From the NCBI GenBank assembly GCA_934155005.1, contig CAKPGR010000002.1:21415-85414 (forward strand): 64,000 nucleotides of DNA. Direction: 5' to 3'. The notes under the pieces are model-generated. The model saw only the letters and a program-made list of their open reading frames with translations. It had not been told where the DNA came from and did no database searches. The DNA comes from an uncultured Bacilli bacterium. Lineage in GTDB: Bacteria > Bacillota_I > Bacilli_A > RF39 > UBA660. The position numbers were made by a program, and so were the translations under genes. The first letter of the stretch is position 1. Each line of letters opens with the position of its first letter. Positions 38,488 to 48,896 of the stretch are shown here, piece after piece.

Positions 38488-41400
38488 TTAAAATAAGCTA
38501 AGTTGATTAGTTTCATCCATTCCTTCAAAAATACCCATAAAACGCATTTTTTCGATTAATGTTTGTGAAACTTTACACCTTCTTTGAAAATCTTCTATAC
38601 TAATAAATTTTCTTTTTTTTCTTTCTTCTACAATATTCTTAGCAACTGTATCTCCAAGTCCATCAATAGACGCAAATGGAGGATATATATTATCATCATC
38701 TTTTGGTTTAAATGTTGTAGCTTCACTTTCATATAGGTCAATATTCAAGAAATTAATACCTCGCGCTGTTGCTTCTAACGCAACATGGAGACTTTCAGAA
38801 ATACCTGCATCTTTATTAGTTGCTTCATTACCTTTGTTAGCTATTTCAATTAAAGTATTTTTAATCGCATTATAACCTTTAATCATTGAATCAACATCGA
38901 AATCAGTTGCCTTAGAACTTAACCATGATGCATAATAATAAACTGGCATATGAACTTTATACCAAGCTATACGAAAGGCACTAATAACATATGCAGCCGC
39001 ATGAGCTTTAGGGAACATATATTTAATTTTCGCACAACTATCTATAAACCAATCAGCAATTCCTGCTTTTTTCATAATATCTTCATATTCCAACCATTGT
39101 TCATGATCCTTAGGTTTACTTGCTCTACCTTTACGAACAAATTCCATTATTTTAAATGCTTTTATTGGTTCTAAGCCATTATACATAAGATAAACCATAA
39201 TATCATCACGACATCCAATAACTTCACTAAAAGGAACTACTTTTTGTCTTATTAATTCTTGAGCATTTCCAAGCCAAACATCAGTACCATGAGAAAGACC
39301 TGATATTTTAATTAATTCAGCAAATGTTGTTGGTTTTGTATCAGCAAGCATTTGTAAAGTAAATTTAGTACCAAATTCAGGAATTCCAAGTGTTCCTGTT
39401 TCACACATAATTTGTTCTTTTGTAACCCCAAGAGGTTTTGGCGACAAGAATATTCCCATTGTTTCTTTGTCATCCAAAGGAACTTTTGTAACATCCATTC
39501 CTGTTAAATCTTGAATCATACGAAGTTGTGTCGGATCAGAATGACCTAAAATATCTAGTTTTAAAACATCATCTTCAATTGAGTGATAATCAAAGTGAGT
39601 TGTACGCCAAGCACTATTAGGATCATCAGCTGGATATTGAAATGGTGTGAAATCAAAAACATCCATATAATCAGGTATAACAACAATTCCACCTGGATGT
39701 TGTCCTGTTGTTCTTTTAACACCTGTACATCCTAGTGATAATCTTTCAACTTCTGCTGTACGCATAACAATATTTTTATCTTCACAATACCCTTTAACAT
39801 ATCCAAAAGCTGTCTTACTAGCTACAGTTCCAATAGTTCCTGCTCTATAAACATTATCAACACCAAATAAAACTTTTGTATATTCATGGGTTGCTGCTTG
39901 ATTTAAATCACTAAAATTAAGATCTATATCAGGAACTTTATCTGCATTAAAACCTAAGAAAGTTGCAAAAGGCATATCTTGTCCGTCTTTAATCATATCA
40001 ATATTACAATCAGGACATTTTTTATTAGGTAAGTCAAATCCGCTCGAATATTTAGCTCCTAATTCATTACCATTTTCATCTTCAAAAATACTTAGTTTAC
40101 AATTAGGACAACGATAATGAGCAGGAAGTGGATTAACCTCGGTAATTCCCATCATTGTAGCAACAAATGAAGATCCAACTGAACCACGGGAACCAACTAA
40201 GAAACCATCATCATTCGATTTTTTAACTAGTCTTTGAGCAATTAAATAAATAGGATCGAATCCACCACCAATTATACCACCTAGTATTTTTTTTAGTTTT
40301 TTTTCTAATTCATCTTTTTCTAATTTTTCTTCTGCTGTATCAATAATATTTTGTTTAACTAACTCTTCAACAGCATCTCTACCTTTTAATATAACCTCAT
40401 GAAGTTTTTTAAATGCTTCACCGTTTGGAGAATCGATTTTTAAATTATAATTGATACTATTTAAAACAGCATCTCCATAAAGTTCTTTGGCAATTCTCTC
40501 TTCTATATTTAAAGGAAGAGGATCTCCGTACCAAGACTTAGCTTTATTATAAACTAAGTCTGTTACAACACGAGCACAATCTAGGTAAGTTCCATCATCA
40601 TCTTTAACTCTTGGTGAAAAAGGAACACCACCAGTTTGTATAATAACTTCTATTTCCTCTATCATATCAGCAATTTTATTTGTATTACTAACAACTATTT
40701 CATAAGCTTTATCTGTTCCTAAAAAATTAAAATCATTAAGCATTTCGCGTGTTGTTCTAAAATGATAACTTGGAATATTTTTATAACGCGCTAGTGGATG
40801 TCTACCTCCACCTGGTACTTTTTGATTAACAATAATTTCACGATATATCTTATCTTCTTTTGTTAAATGATGAACATCCCCTGTTGCAACTACAATTTTA
40901 CCGCTATCTTCTGTTGTTTTAATTATTTTTTTAATAACTTCAATTAATTCTTCTTCGGAACCAAAATCACCAGATTCAACTAAATGACTATAAACGTCTA
41001 ATGGTTGTACCTCAACATAATCATAAAAACTAATTATATTAGCAAGTTCTTCTTCACTTTTACTTCTAGCTTCAATAAATACCTCTGATTCATAGCAGCC
41101 ACTTCCAATAAGTAGACCCTCTCTATGTTTTTCTATTTCACTTCTAAGAATTCTAGGAGTTTTATATAAATATGTAGTATTAGCAAGAGAAACTATTTTA
41201 AATAAATTTTTTAATCCTTTTTTATTTACACACAACAAATTAACATGAAAAGCTCGACCATATTTATGAATTTCATCTTTAGAAACTAGTTTATCTAAAT
41301 CAGTCATTATATCAAAATTCATGCCTGATAATTTATTTAACATTTTTGCAAATACCAAAGCTGTACCCTCAGCATCATAGTCAGCTCTATGATGAGCATC

Positions 41401-43026
41401 TTCATCAAATGGAACATTATATCTTTTTACCAAAGCGGAAAGACTATGACGAGCAAATGTATTATCCATTGTTCTAGATAGTTCTAATGTATCAATAACA
41501 GGATTTTTAAATTCTCCCATATTATATTTTTTGTATGCCATTTCAACAAAGGATGTATCAAATTTAGCGTTATGAGCTACCATTGGTAAATCTCCAATCC
41601 ACTCTTTAAATTCTTTTATCGCAGTCTCTTCATTTGGTTTTCCTTTTAACATATCATTTGTAATATTGGTTACATTTGTAATACGTTCACTGATATCACG
41701 ACCTGGATCAACTAATTGGTCATATCTATCAATAATCATGCCTTCACATAATTTAACTGCACCTATTTCAATAATAGAGTCTTCACCACCGGCATTAAAA
41801 CCAGTTGTTTCTAAGTCAAATACAACATATGTACTTTTAAGTAAATCAGCGTCAGTTGGTCTTAACACAATTTTAACAGTATCATCAATTAATGTTAATT
41901 CTGTTCCATAAATAGCTTTAAAATGATCACTCTCTTCTAACCCTTTATTTAAGTTTCTAACTAGGTTAAAAACATGAGGATATGCTTGACATCCGTTATG
42001 GTCAGTTATTGCAATAGCTTTATGCCCCCATTTATGAGCTTGTTTAACCAAGACTTCCTCATTAACGACTCCATCCATTTGACTCATCATTGTATGAGCA
42101 TGTAGTTCAACCCTTTTAACGGGAGCATCATCTATAATTTCTTCTTCTTCTCTATCTAAGACATTAATATCTAAAACACCTAATGTTATATCAGGATTAT
42201 ATTTATCTGGGTCTTTAACACGAGCTCTTATTTTATACCATTTTTTTTCCTCAATTTTAGGGACTTCTTCTGTACCATTCATAAAAAGAGTTCCATAAAT
42301 ACTATCTGTAAAATCAGTCATTTTTAAATTTAATATTTTAAATTCTCTACCATCCTTAGTCTTTATTTCACGAAACTCTACACCAAACATAAAGGCTTCG
42401 ACTGTAACTGTTTTACTACTTTCTGTTATTGTATCCATGCGTGTTATAGCATCTGTTATAAGTCTTCCATATAAAACATCAGGATGATCTTCCTTTTCTC
42501 TTGGCTTTCTTGTATAGTTTTTAAATTTTGGTTTTTCTTCTATTTCTTTTTTTTCTACCACAACTTCATTTACAATTTGTTTTTCTTCTTTTTCTTTTAA
42601 AATAATATTAACTATAAAACCTACCTTATTTAAATTAAATTCTAATGCTTTTTTTTGTTCACTTGAAATAGATAAATCTGTTTCAATATAAACATTATCT
42701 CCTTTATATAAAACATCATCATTATCCTTTAATTCATCTATTTTTAAATTCTCTATAAAATAATCATAATATTTATAAAATTCTTTATGATCACTATTTT
42801 TAGCAATAATATTAAGTGTCACATTAATTTTAAAATAATTTTTTAATAGTTCTAATAATTTTAAATAGATATCTAAGTTCAATGTATTTTCAAGTTCAAT
42901 AACAATATGACAATTATCCTTAGCATTATTCAAGATAATTTTTTCTAATGAACCGTTATTAAAATATGTATATAAATCTTTTTCTAAATTAATTTTCTTT
43001 AACAATAAATCTAACTTATCTTGCAT
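38488..43026 (-). CDS. polC: DNA polymerase III alpha subunit, PolC type
   Basis: 1512 aa. PHP VELHAHTMMS, inserted 3'-5' exonuclease VVFDLETTGF, and the polymerase core. Confidence 0.97.
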   Translation of the reverse strand: MQDKLDLLLKKINLEKDLYTYFNNGSLEKIILNNAKDNCHIVIELENTLNLDIYLKLLELLKNYFKINVTLNIIAKNSDHKEFYKYYDYFIENLKIDELKDNDDVLYKGDNVYIETDLSISSEQKKALEFNLNKVGFIVNIILKEKEEKQIVNEVVVEKKEIEEKPKFKNYTRKPREKEDHPDVLYGRLITDAITRMDTITESSKTVTVEAFMFGVEFREIKTKDGREFKILNLKMTDFTDSIYGTLFMNGTEEVPKIEEKKWYKIRARVKDPDKYNPDITLGVLDINVLDREEEEIIDDAPVKRVELHAHTMMSQMDGVVNEEVLVKQAHKWGHKAIAITDHNGCQAYPHVFNLVRNLNKGLEESDHFKAIYGTELTLIDDTVKIVLRPTDADLLKSTYVVFDLETTGFNAGGEDSIIEIGAVKLCEGMIIDRYDQLVDPGRDISERITNVTNITNDMLKGKPNEETAIKEFKEWIGDLPMVAHNAKFDTSFVEMAYKKYNMGEFKNPVIDTLELSRTMDNTFARHSLSALVKRYNVPFDEDAHHRADYDAEGTALVFAKMLNKLSGMNFDIMTDLDKLVSKDEIHKYGRAFHVNLLCVNKKGLKNLFKIVSLANTTYLYKTPRILRSEIEKHREGLLIGSGCYESEVFIEARSKSEEELANIISFYDYVEVQPLDVYSHLVESGDFGSEEELIEVIKKIIKTTEDSGKIVVATGDVHHLTKEDKIYREIIVNQKVPGGGRHPLARYKNIPSYHFRTTREMLNDFNFLGTDKAYEIVVSNTNKIADMIEEIEVIIQTGGVPFSPRVKDDDGTYLDCARVVTDLVYNKAKSWYGDPLPLNIEERIAKELYGDAVLNSINYNLKIDSPNGEAFKKLHEVILKGRDAVEELVKQNIIDTAEEKLEKDELEKKLKKILGGIIGGGFDPIYLIAQRLVKKSNDDGFLVGSRGSVGSSFVATMMGITEVNPLPAHYRCPNCKLSIFEDENGNELGAKYSSGFDLPNKKCPDCNIDMIKDGQDMPFATFLGFNADKVPDIDLNFSDLNQAATHEYTKVLFGVDNVYRAGTIGTVASKTAFGYVKGYCEDKNIVMRTAEVERLSLGCTGVKRTTGQHPGGIVVIPDYMDVFDFTPFQYPADDPNSAWRTTHFDYHSIEDDVLKLDILGHSDPTQLRMIQDLTGMDVTKVPLDDKETMGIFLSPKPLGVTKEQIMCETGTLGIPEFGTKFTLQMLADTKPTTFAELIKISGLSHGTDVWLGNAQELIRQKVVPFSEVIGCRDDIMVYLMYNGLEPIKAFKIMEFVRKGRASKPKDHEQWLEYEDIMKKAGIADWFIDSCAKIKYMFPKAHAAAYVISAFRIAWYKVHMPVYYYASWLSSKATDFDVDSMIKGYNAIKNTLIEIANKGNEATNKDAGISESLHVALEATARGINFLNIDLYESEATTFKPKDDDNIYPPFASIDGLGDTVAKNIVEERKKRKFISIEDFQRRCKVSQTLIEKMRFMGIFEGMDETNQLSLF

Positions 43027-43096
43027 AATACCACCTTATTTAATTTTATCAAAAAATAGTTCTTTTTTAAACCCATTTTAGAAAAAAAGAAAGTTT

Positions 43097-44161
43097 TTAG
43101 CTTTCTTCTAATACATCCATCTCAACTTTATTAATAGAATCAAATCTTTTTGTAATTTTCTCTGTTGTTGTATGAATATCTTTAACATCTCTTCCAACTG
43201 TTTCAATACTTCTAGATAATTTATCCCATCTATCTTTATATCTTTTAAACTCTTCATCTAATAATTTTAATTCTTTATGAATAACTCTAGCATATTTATC
43301 TCTTTCCATATTCATAATAATAACTTGAATTGTAGTTAAAGTACTAATCAAAGTTGTTGGACTAGCAAGCCAAACTCTTTTTTTGTAAGCGTATTCTATT
43401 AAATCTGTATGATATGCATTTATCTCAGCAAATATGGCTTCTGCTGGCAAAAAGAGAATTGCTTGATCACTAGTTATACCAGGAATTATATATTTACTAC
43501 TAATAGCATCTATATGTTTTTTTACATCTTGTTTAAACATTCTGGTTGCAAGTTCTCTATCAGTTTTTGATAGTGTTTGATCAACCATTCTTGTATAATT
43601 TTCGAGTGGGAATTTTGAATCTATACCAATTGTTCCAAGTGGTTCTGGTGCGAATAAAGCACAATCAACAATAGTACCATTAGAAAACGTGTGTTGTAGA
43701 TCATATATTTTTTTATTATTTTCTCCAAAAACATTTTCCATGATATTTTTTAAATTAATTTCTCCATAAATACCTCTAGTTTTTTTATCAGTTAAAACAC
43801 TTTGTAAAGACACAATATCACTAGATAAAGTATCTATTTTCTTTTGAGCTTCATCTATTTTAGACAATCTTTCTAACACATTTGTAAATGTTTTATTTGT
43901 CTTTTCAAAATTCTCATCTAATCTTTCATTTACAGCATCATTAATAAGTCTAAGTCTATTTTCAAGTTTATCATTAAGTTTAGTGAAATCTTCGTTTAAT
44001 TCCCTATTTAATGTATTTTTAAATTCACTAAATTCTTTTATTATATTGGTTTCTAAATTGCTTATTTTTAAAACGGTATCAGCTTCATTTTTCTTATTTA
44101 AAATAAGTATAATAGATACCAACAAATTAATTATGATTAATATTAATAAAACATATTCCAT
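43097..44161 (-). CDS. rmuC: DNA recombination protein RmuC
   Basis: N-terminal TM, long coiled coil, and a C-terminal nuclease-like region (VDCALFAPE...IDSKFPLENY). Confidence 0.8.
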   Translation of the reverse strand: MEYVLLILIIINLLVSIILILNKKNEADTVLKISNLETNIIKEFSEFKNTLNRELNEDFTKLNDKLENRLRLINDAVNERLDENFEKTNKTFTNVLERLSKIDEAQKKIDTLSSDIVSLQSVLTDKKTRGIYGEINLKNIMENVFGENNKKIYDLQHTFSNGTIVDCALFAPEPLGTIGIDSKFPLENYTRMVDQTLSKTDRELATRMFKQDVKKHIDAISSKYIIPGITSDQAILFLPAEAIFAEINAYHTDLIEYAYKKRVWLASPTTLISTLTTIQVIIMNMERDKYARVIHKELKLLDEEFKRYKDRWDKLSRSIETVGRDVKDIHTTTEKITKRFDSINKVEMDVLEES

Positions 44162-44170
44162 ATAAACCTC

Positions 44171-44752
44171 CTATAAATCAAATTTTTTAGTAACTATCTT
44201 TGATACTACAAAAATAGTTAAAATCATAATTCCAAGTCTAATCATTAAACTAATATCAGTTATATTTTCTAAAATAGTATTACCAACATATCCCCAAAAA
44301 TAAACCATAAATAGTTTAGATATTAATAAAGCTAGTAAATATTTTTTATATTTCATATTTGATAATCCGGCAGCTATATTAATTGAAAAAGCTGGCGTAA
44401 ATGGCATAGCTAATATAAGCGTTAAACTACTGAATTTTAAATCATTTATTTTATTAATAAAGTTTAATATTTTAGAATCTTTTTTTAGTTTTTTTTGAAT
44501 TAAATCTTTAAATTTTCTAAATATGAAAAAACTTATACTACATCCCATTACAGTTGCTAAAAAAGATATAGTAAAACCGACAATATTTCCAAAAGCTATT
44601 ATATTTATTGCTATAAAAACAGCTAGTGGAAGTATTGGAATAATTGATTCTAATATTATAGCAAATATTCCCATTCCTAAACTAAGTATTATATTGTTAT
44701 TACTAACAAAATTTTGAATAAATGAAACAAGTTGTTGTAATAAGTCTTCCAT
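44171..44752 (-). CDS. TVP38/TMEM64 (DedA-related) membrane protein
   Basis: 193 aa with about 5 TM helices. Assignment rests on topology and size; motif-level evidence is weak. Confidence 0.55.
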   Translation of the reverse strand: MEDLLQQLVSFIQNFVSNNNIILSLGMGIFAIILESIIPILPLAVFIAINIIAFGNIVGFTISFLATVMGCSISFFIFRKFKDLIQKKLKKDSKILNFINKINDLKFSSLTLILAMPFTPAFSINIAAGLSNMKYKKYLLALLISKLFMVYFWGYVGNTILENITDISLMIRLGIMILTIFVVSKIVTKKFDL

Positions 44753-44812
44753 TCTATCACCATAATTATTATATTACAAAATTTGAAATAAAAAAAGAAT
44801 TTTTCAATTCTT

Positions 44813-45193
44813 TCAATTATTAATTTTAAATTTTTTTATTTGAGCTATTTCGTTTATTACAGCAATTGATGGTTTTTTATGTTCAAATAATATCTCGTAA
44901 TTGTCATTATACGCTTCTAACATTTTTATATCTTCTTCTTTTATTAATTCATAATCTGACCATGTAACAATCCCATAGGCATCATAAATTTTATTATCTA
45001 TTTTTAAAGCAATATGATTGTATTCTTTATTAATCACCATTTCACCATTTTTATAATAATGATTTAATATTTTAGCAAATTCTAAACAACCTCCATTTGT
45101 AAAATAATATTTAGAATCACAATCAAGAAAACAATCAAATTCATCATTTACTAAATCATTAATAAAATCTATAAAATTTAAAATTTCTTCCAT
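44813..45193 (-). CDS. Hypothetical protein
   Basis: 126-aa ORF in its own gap, no motif recognised. Confidence 0.4.
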   Translation of the reverse strand: MEEILNFIDFINDLVNDEFDCFLDCDSKYYFTNGGCLEFAKILNHYYKNGEMVINKEYNHIALKIDNKIYDAYGIVTWSDYELIKEEDIKMLEAYNDNYEILFEHKKPSIAVINEIAQIKKFKINN

Positions 45194-45236
45194 ATAATCA
45201 TCCTATCAATGCGAACTATTATATCATTTTTGATTT

Positions 45237-48050
45237 CTATTGTAAATATTTTTTTAAGTATTTTCCAGTATAACTTTCCTTTATTTTAGTGATTTGTTCT
45301 GGAGTTCCTTTAGCAATTATAGTTCCACCTAAATCTCCACCTTCAGGTCCTAAATCAATTAAATAATCTGCAACTTTAATAACATCAAGATTATGTTCAA
45401 TTACTAATACTGTATCACCATTATCAACAATTCTATTTAATATTACTAATAATTTTTTTATATCATCAATATGTAATCCTGTTGTAGGTTCATCTAAAAT
45501 GAATAAACTTTTACCAGTTGGCTTTTTTTGAAGCTCCTTAGCTAATTTAACACGAGCAGCTTCTCCACCTGATAAAGTTGGCGCTGATTGGCCTAACTTA
45601 ATATATGAAAGTCCTACATCACTCAACATTTGAAGTTTATTTTTAATTTTAGGAAAGTTTTCAAAAAATTCTAAAGCTTCTTCTACACGCATTTCTAAAA
45701 CATCATAAATACTTTTTCCTTTAAATTTAACTTCTAATGTTTCACTATTATATCTTGTACCACCACATATTTCACATGGAACATAAACATCTGGCAAAAA
45801 GTGCATTTCAATTCTTTTAACACCATCACCAAAACATGCTTCACATCTACCACCTTTTACGTTAAATGAAAATCTTCCTTTATCATATCCTCTAATTTTA
45901 GCTTCTTTTGTTTCAGTAAATACATCCCTAATATCATCAAAAACACCTATATATGTTGCCGGATTACTTCTTGGAGTTCTACCAATTGGAGTTTGAGTTA
46001 TATCAATTACCTTATCAATATTTTCTAATCCTTTTATTTCTTTAAATTTACCAGGTCTTTCTTTTGATTTATATAGGTTATTTGAAACAGCCTTATAAAT
46101 AATTTCATTAACCAAGGTACTTTTACCACTACCACTAACTCCTGTTACACAAGTAAATGTTCCAAGTGGTATTTTAACATTTATATTTTTTAAATTATTT
46201 TCACGAGCTCCTTTAACTTCTAAATATTTTTTATTACCTTTTCTTCTTTTTTCAGGAATATCTATTTTTAGTTCTCCGTTTAAGTATTTACCAGTTAAAC
46301 TATTTTTATTTTTCATAACTTCTTCTGGGGTACCAGAAGCAACAACAGTTCCACCATGTTCTCCTGCACCTGGGCCGATATCAACTAAATAATCAGCTTT
46401 TAACATAGTATCTGAATCATGTTCTACAACTATTAAAGTATTTCCTAAATCACGCATTTCTAACATTGAATTTATTAGTCTATCATTATCTCTTTGATGA
46501 AGTCCTATACTAGGTTCATCTAAAACATACAATACACCACTTAATCTAGAACCAATTTGGGTTGCCAAACGAATTCTTTGAGCTTCTCCCCCTGATAATG
46601 TAGATGCACTACGAGATAAAGTTAAATATTCAAGTCCAACATTTATTAAAAAATGTAATCTTTCTTTTATTTCTTTCACTAATAAACCACTTATTTCAAG
46701 TTGTTCTTTATTTAGTTTTAAATTGTTTAAAAATTCATATAAGTCTTTAATACTTAAATTAGTTACTTCAAAGATATTTTTATGGTTTATTAAAACAGAT
46801 AAGACATCATCACTTAGACGAGCACCATGACATTTATAACATGTATCTTCGACCATATAGTTTTCGATCCAATCTCTAATCCAACCACTTTTTGTTTCTA
46901 TATATCTTCTATGCAAATTGACAATAACACCTTCAAATGTATCTCTTGTTTTTCTAATATTTCCATTTTTAGCTATATATTTATATTCTAATATTTCATT
47001 TGTTCCATATAGAATAATATCTAATTTTTTTCTATCAAGATTTTTAATAGGGGTATTTAAATCTATATCAAAATGATTAGCTATAGTATTTATTTGTGTC
47101 CTAATGATGCTATTGCCATCTTCTAAGTTAATTACTTTTATACCTCCTTCATTGATTGATAAATTTTTATCTGGAATAACTAGATCTTCATCAATATGGT
47201 AATTAATTCCCAATCCCTTACATTCTGGACAAGCATAATAAGGAGCATTAAAAGAAAACATTCTTGGCTCTAATTCTGGAAGTGAGAAATCACAATCAGG
47301 GCAAGCATATTTTTCACTCATCATAAAACCTGGTGCGCCAATAACATCTATATAAACTTTTCCATTTGAAAGTTTTGTTGCATTTTCGATAGATTCATAA
47401 AGTCTACTTCTTATACCATCTTTTATTATTAATCTATCTATAATAACACTTATATTATGTTTTTTCGTTTTTGAAAGGTCTATTTCTTCTGATAAATCAA
47501 ATTCTTCATCATCTATTAATACTCTAACATATCCATCGCTTCTTAAGCTTGATAAATAATCCTTAAAAGTTCCTTTTTCTCCTGTTATAACAGGACTTAA
47601 TATTTTAATTTTAGTATTTAATTCTAATTTTAAAACTTGATTAGTCATTTCTTCTATACTTTGACTAGTTATTGGTCTATGATGCTTTGGACAATACGGA
47701 ATTCCTATTCTAGCATATAATAATCTTAAATAATCATATATTTCAGTTACTGTTCCAACTGTTGATCTAGGATTTTTATTTGTTGTTTTTTGATCAATAC
47801 TAATAGATGGCGATAATCCCTCAATAGAATCAACGTCTGGTTTTTCAGAACCACCTAAAAATTGTCTAGCGTAAGCACTTAAACTTTCTACATATCTTCT
47901 TCTACCTTCTTCATATATTGTATCAAAAGCTAAACTACTTTTCCCACTACCGCTAACGCCTGTCATAACTATCAATTTATTTTTAGGAAGTTCAATAGAA
48001 ACATTTTTTAAATTATTTTCACGAGCATTTTTAATAATTATTTTATCCAT
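45237..48050 (-). CDS. uvrA: Excinuclease ABC subunit A
   Basis: 937 aa with two ABC modules (GVSGSGKSS and GVSGSGKST), zinc-finger Cys clusters and LSGGEAQR/LSGGEAAR. Confidence 0.97.
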   Translation of the reverse strand: MDKIIIKNARENNLKNVSIELPKNKLIVMTGVSGSGKSSLAFDTIYEEGRRRYVESLSAYARQFLGGSEKPDVDSIEGLSPSISIDQKTTNKNPRSTVGTVTEIYDYLRLLYARIGIPYCPKHHRPITSQSIEEMTNQVLKLELNTKIKILSPVITGEKGTFKDYLSSLRSDGYVRVLIDDEEFDLSEEIDLSKTKKHNISVIIDRLIIKDGIRSRLYESIENATKLSNGKVYIDVIGAPGFMMSEKYACPDCDFSLPELEPRMFSFNAPYYACPECKGLGINYHIDEDLVIPDKNLSINEGGIKVINLEDGNSIIRTQINTIANHFDIDLNTPIKNLDRKKLDIILYGTNEILEYKYIAKNGNIRKTRDTFEGVIVNLHRRYIETKSGWIRDWIENYMVEDTCYKCHGARLSDDVLSVLINHKNIFEVTNLSIKDLYEFLNNLKLNKEQLEISGLLVKEIKERLHFLINVGLEYLTLSRSASTLSGGEAQRIRLATQIGSRLSGVLYVLDEPSIGLHQRDNDRLINSMLEMRDLGNTLIVVEHDSDTMLKADYLVDIGPGAGEHGGTVVASGTPEEVMKNKNSLTGKYLNGELKIDIPEKRRKGNKKYLEVKGARENNLKNINVKIPLGTFTCVTGVSGSGKSTLVNEIIYKAVSNNLYKSKERPGKFKEIKGLENIDKVIDITQTPIGRTPRSNPATYIGVFDDIRDVFTETKEAKIRGYDKGRFSFNVKGGRCEACFGDGVKRIEMHFLPDVYVPCEICGGTRYNSETLEVKFKGKSIYDVLEMRVEEALEFFENFPKIKNKLQMLSDVGLSYIKLGQSAPTLSGGEAARVKLAKELQKKPTGKSLFILDEPTTGLHIDDIKKLLVILNRIVDNGDTVLVIEHNLDVIKVADYLIDLGPEGGDLGGTIIAKGTPEQITKIKESYTGKYLKKYLQ

Positions 48051-48143
48051 TATACCACCTCAAACTACTAGTTATTATACCATATAAAAGATTAAAAATG
48101 TGTGCTATTTTTGTCAAAAATAAAAAACTAATTTAATAGTTTC

Positions 48144-48716
48144 TTATGATGCATAGATGTCAGTTAGAGTAAAGCCATACCCTCCAATAAAGAAATTCCC
48201 GGCAACTCCCTCAAAGTTAAGCGTATATGTTCCTGTCGTTGAAGCTGTTTTATAAAACTCAGTACTACGATTAGCGCCAGTTGTTATTATTGTTGGCAAT
48301 GTACCATTAAAATCACACATTCCATATTGTACATAATTATTGGTCTCTGTTTTTATTGTAAAAGTAATTTTTGTTGTTCCATAAGGTATTTTAAAAACAA
48401 CACCACCAATCTCATTATTTGCTTTATTAGGATAAATAACTCCATTTCTTATATGAACTCCATAAAAATTATCAATATATAGTAAATATTTACTAGTTTT
48501 TGTTTCCAAACTCTTTATTCTTGTTTCTATTTTTTCATTATTATCAGCTATACTATATAATTCATCGAGTGAGTCTTGTAAAGTGGCATTACTTCCTAAG
48601 TTAGACCCTGTTGGAGAATCAATTGATACATCACTTGCATAAAATTTTGTCCCTGCATAGACACTTACACTACCTAATATTAATCCTATTATTGCTATTA
48701 TTAATTTCTTATTCAT
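48144..48716 (-). CDS. Family member 5: Sec-signal N-module (A), short coiled coil, unique beta-rich C-module (X)
   Basis: MNKKLIIAIIGLILGSVSVYAGTKFYASDVSIDSPTGSNLGSNATLQDSLDELYSIAD, then EKIETRIKSLETK, then about 115 aa with no similarity to the T or D modules. Preceded by the cassette. Confidence 0.7.
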   Translation of the reverse strand: MNKKLIIAIIGLILGSVSVYAGTKFYASDVSIDSPTGSNLGSNATLQDSLDELYSIADNNEKIETRIKSLETKTSKYLLYIDNFYGVHIRNGVIYPNKANNEIGGVVFKIPYGTTKITFTIKTETNNYVQYGMCDFNGTLPTIITTGANRSTEFYKTASTTGTYTLNFEGVAGNFFIGGYGFTLTDIYAS

Positions 48717-48848
48717 GTTATAACTCCTTTACACAAAAAAAGAAGGGTTTTTTACCCCCCCCCCGACTTTGAAATTTTTTTATCTCTCAGTCAATATTAT
48801 TATTTTGTTTTACATACTTATTTTAACAAATTAAATCTATTTTTTCAA
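48717..48848 (-). promoter_or_regulatory. Poly-G leader cassette, copy 5 (archetype)
   Basis: Coding strand: TTGAAA (48843-48848), 17 nt, TGTTAAAAT (-10 at 48820-48825), AAGTATGTAAAACAAAATAATAATATTGACTGAGAGATAAAAAAATTTCAAAGTC, G10 (48755-48764), TAAAAAACCCTTC, T7, GTGTAAAGGAG, ATG 48716. Confidence 0.72.
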
Positions 48849-48865
48849 GTTATAAAAGATTAAAA

Positions 48866-48896
48866 CAAAAAAAGAATTGGTTAATTACCAATTCTT
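48866..48896 (-). terminator. Intrinsic terminator of the rpoBC operon
   Basis: Coding strand reads AAGAATTGG-TAATTAA-CCAATTCTT followed by a T run. The 5' arm overlaps the rpoC stop codon. Confidence 0.75.
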
